A DNA stretch of 37,402 nt from Polyangiaceae bacterium (GTDB lineage: Bacteria; Myxococcota_A; Polyangia; Polyangiales; Polyangiaceae), in the NCBI GenBank assembly GCA_036393455.1, contig DASWGX010000147.1:1-37402 (forward strand), written 5' to 3'. Positions 36,102 to 37,402 of the stretch are shown piece by piece; the first letter of the stretch is position 1; each line of letters begins with the position of its first letter. A model generated the notes under the pieces. It did no database searches, was not told the origin of the DNA, and saw nothing but the letters and a program-made list of their open reading frames with translations. A program made the position numbers and the translations under genes.

Positions 36102-36433
36102 AGCGCCGTCCTCAAGGGTCCCCGCCCCCCGCACTCGTGGATAACGTCGCCGCACCACGGGGCTAAGGTGGGGTGCCGTCATTTGGCAGGCTGGCAGCGT
36201 TTCGCAAGTCCGAAGCTCGCCGGATACGGTCGACACCCTATGAGGCGCTCTGTCCCAACTTCTGAGCCCAATTTTTCCTGGCAGGCTGATTCGTGCAAGA
36301 CCCGGACTTGTACCGCGCGCCGTCAGACGGCCGGTTTCACTCTCCCGACTCAGTGCTCCGTTCAGGAGACCTGCGGCCGTATGGGTATGCCTGCTCGTGG
36401 GCGGGCGCTCCAACCCGCGCCGACCGCTCGACC

Positions 36434-36506
36434 GCTGGCGTAGCTCAATTGGCAGAGCACCTGTTTTGTAAACAGGCGGTTGGGGGTTCAAGTCCCTTCG
36501 CCAGCT
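36434..36506 (+). tRNA. tRNA-Thr (anticodon UGU)
   Basis: Folded by hand into a 73-nt cloverleaf. Acceptor GCTGGCG/CGCCAGC, D-arm GCTC..GAGC, anticodon stem CCTGT/ACAGG with loop TTTGTAA, T-loop TTCAAGT. No encoded CCA. Confidence 0.9.
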
Positions 36507-36687
36507 CCCCGTTGCTGGCTGGCGGGCACCCCGCGGGCCCGCCTGCGGTTGGAACCGTCGAAGTGGGGCTGGCCCAATCGCGCGGCGGCGTGTTGCCAGC
36601 GGGCGCGGTCCGCCTCGCGGGCCTGACTGTGCTTCGAGCTGTCGGAGCCAGGACTGAACGGGGCGGAAGTGCCGTTCGTTCGTCTCT

Positions 36688-36770
36688 GGAGGGTTGCCCG
36701 AGTGGCCAAAGGGAGCAGGCTGTAAACCTGCCGGCTTACGCCTACGGTGGTTCGAATCCACCACCCTCCA
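36688..36770 (+). tRNA. tRNA-Tyr (anticodon GUA)
   Basis: 83-nt class II tRNA. Acceptor GGAGGGT/ACCCTCC, anticodon loop CTGTAAA, long variable arm, T-arm GGTGG TTCGAAT CCACC. Confidence 0.9.
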
Positions 36771-36775
36771 CTCTA

Positions 36776-36883
36776 TTGTTTTCGCGCGGGCGCCCCAACC
36801 CGCGCGAGGTGTTGTTTTCGCCCGGGCGCCCCAACCCGCGCGAGGTGTTGTTTTCGCGCGGGCGCCCCAGCCCGCGCGGGTGC
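36776..36883. repeat. three tandem 36-bp hairpin repeats between tRNA-Tyr and tRNA-Gly
   Basis: Units lie at 36776-36811, 36812-36847 and 36848-36883 (TTGTTTTCGCGCGGGCGCCCCAACCCGCGCGAGGTG with 1-3 substitutions). Each holds an 8-bp GC stem CGCGCGGG/CCCGCGCG with loop CGCCCCAA, followed by GTTGTTTT. Confidence 0.9.
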
Positions 36884-36904
36884 TCTACCGTGCACGGTGT
36901 GTTC

Positions 36905-36977
36905 GCGGGAGTAGCTCAGTTGGTAGAGCGTCAGCCTTCCAAGCTGAATGTCGAGGGTTCGAATCCCTTCTCCCGCT
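36905..36977 (+). tRNA. tRNA-Gly (anticodon UCC)
   Basis: 73 nt. Acceptor GCGGGAG/CTCCCGC, anticodon stem TCAGC/GCTGA with loop CTTCCAA, T-loop TTCGAAT. Confidence 0.9.
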
Positions 36978-37114
36978 CTGTCTTGTTGGAGCGCGGGCAC
37001 CCCCCCGGCCCGCCCGCGATTGTGCTCGGGGGCGGAGGCGCCGGTGACCCGAAGGAGTCGCGCCGGGTGTGGCCGCGTGAGCCCTCTGCCCGCTTTGCCC
37101 CGATGTTTCGCTCC

Positions 37115-37187
<73 letters not shown>

Positions 37188-37261
37188 CGACCGCTCGACA
37201 CGGGGCTTCGGCGCGCCGCAAGCCCGAGACCGCCCTCTGAGAACAAGTCTGGAAGGAAACG

Positions 37262-37402
37262 ATGGCCAAGGAGAAGTTCGTACGCAAAAAGCCCCACGTC
37301 AACGTTGGAACGATCGGTCACATCGACCACGGCAAGACGACGTTGACGGCGGCGTTGGTCAAGGTTCAGAGCAAGAGCGGAATGGCGAAGGAGATCAAGT
37401 AC
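37262..37402 (+). CDS. tuf: elongation factor Tu, first 47 codons (continues beyond the window)
   Basis: The ATG at 37262 is preceded by GGAAGGAAAC. The translation [32 protein letters not shown]... contains the G1 motif. Its position after the Thr-Tyr-Gly-Thr tRNAs matches the classical tufB arrangement. It is absent from the ORF track because it is open-ended. Confidence 0.95.
   Translation, partial: MAKEKFVRKKPHVNVGTIGHIDHGKTTLTAALVKVQSKSGMAKEIKY

Noticed and set aside
34174-36433. RNase P RNA, tmRNA or SRP RNA in the two large non-coding regions
   Set aside because: Reading both regions, I found no GGAAAGTCC-type P4 motif, no tRNA-like 3' end with a tag ORF, and no GGAAG...AGCAGCC helix-8 motif. 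Other ncRNA classes remain possible (see findings).
36776-36883. CRISPR array (also considered for 26346-26413)
   Set aside because: The repeats are directly abutting with no unique spacers. Only 3-4 units are present, and there are no cas genes in the window.
36694-37047. 117-aa ORF with repeated FARAPQPARGVV, and the 407-aa minus ORF 35541-36764
   Set aside because: Both run through tRNA genes and the tandem hairpin repeats. The peptide repeat is simply the translation of the 36-bp DNA repeat.

Overview
This is a 37.4-kb, very GC-rich bacterial chromosomal window (roughly 70 percent by eye, not computed). The gene style looks myxobacterial (Myxococcota, Polyangia/Sorangiineae-like): about ten lipobox lipoproteins with Gly/Ser/Thr linkers, two giant eukaryotic-like Ser/Thr kinases, a sigma54 activator, and long Arg-rich shadow ORFs on antisense frames. 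That assignment is inference, because no database search was possible and all family calls rest on motifs I can read in the translations. I support about 29 protein genes, 4 tRNAs and several repeats and hairpins. Gene order is as follows. (1) An ambiguous segment at 1-445. (2) A VWA lipoprotein. (3) A molybdenum-cofactor cluster: a NarM-like/MoaC fusion, moaE, and convergent mobA and moeA. (4) Three secreted proteins or lipoproteins. (5) ppk1. (6) A TIM-barrel-like lipoprotein. (7) prkA. (8) msrB. (9) A small lipoprotein. (10) A membrane-anchored Ser/Thr kinase with about 16 WD40 repeats. (11) A divergent secreted beta-rich protein followed by a 1,467-aa kinase / P-loop / TPR / GAF / sigma54-activator fusion. 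(12) A convergent HEAT-repeat lipoprotein. (13) A tightly coupled minus-strand operon: GT-C-like membrane protein, cbiM, cbiQ, cbiO, aldo-keto reductase, cysQ-like phosphatase. (14) trmB. (15) A lipoprotein. (16) A DUF465 protein. (17) A 493-nt ORF-poor gap. (18) A TPR lipoprotein. (19) A 567-nt leader. (20) The classical tRNA-Thr/Tyr/Gly/Thr-tuf unit. No transposase, integrase, CRISPR array or phage gene is visible. The best candidates for new biology are three. First, the kinase-to-sigma54 locus at 15.4-26.2 kb with its palindromic TGGCACA control element. Second, the unusual GT-C + ECF Co/Ni transporter + AKR + CysQ operon. Third, the two large non-coding regions and hairpin repeats around the tRNA cluster.
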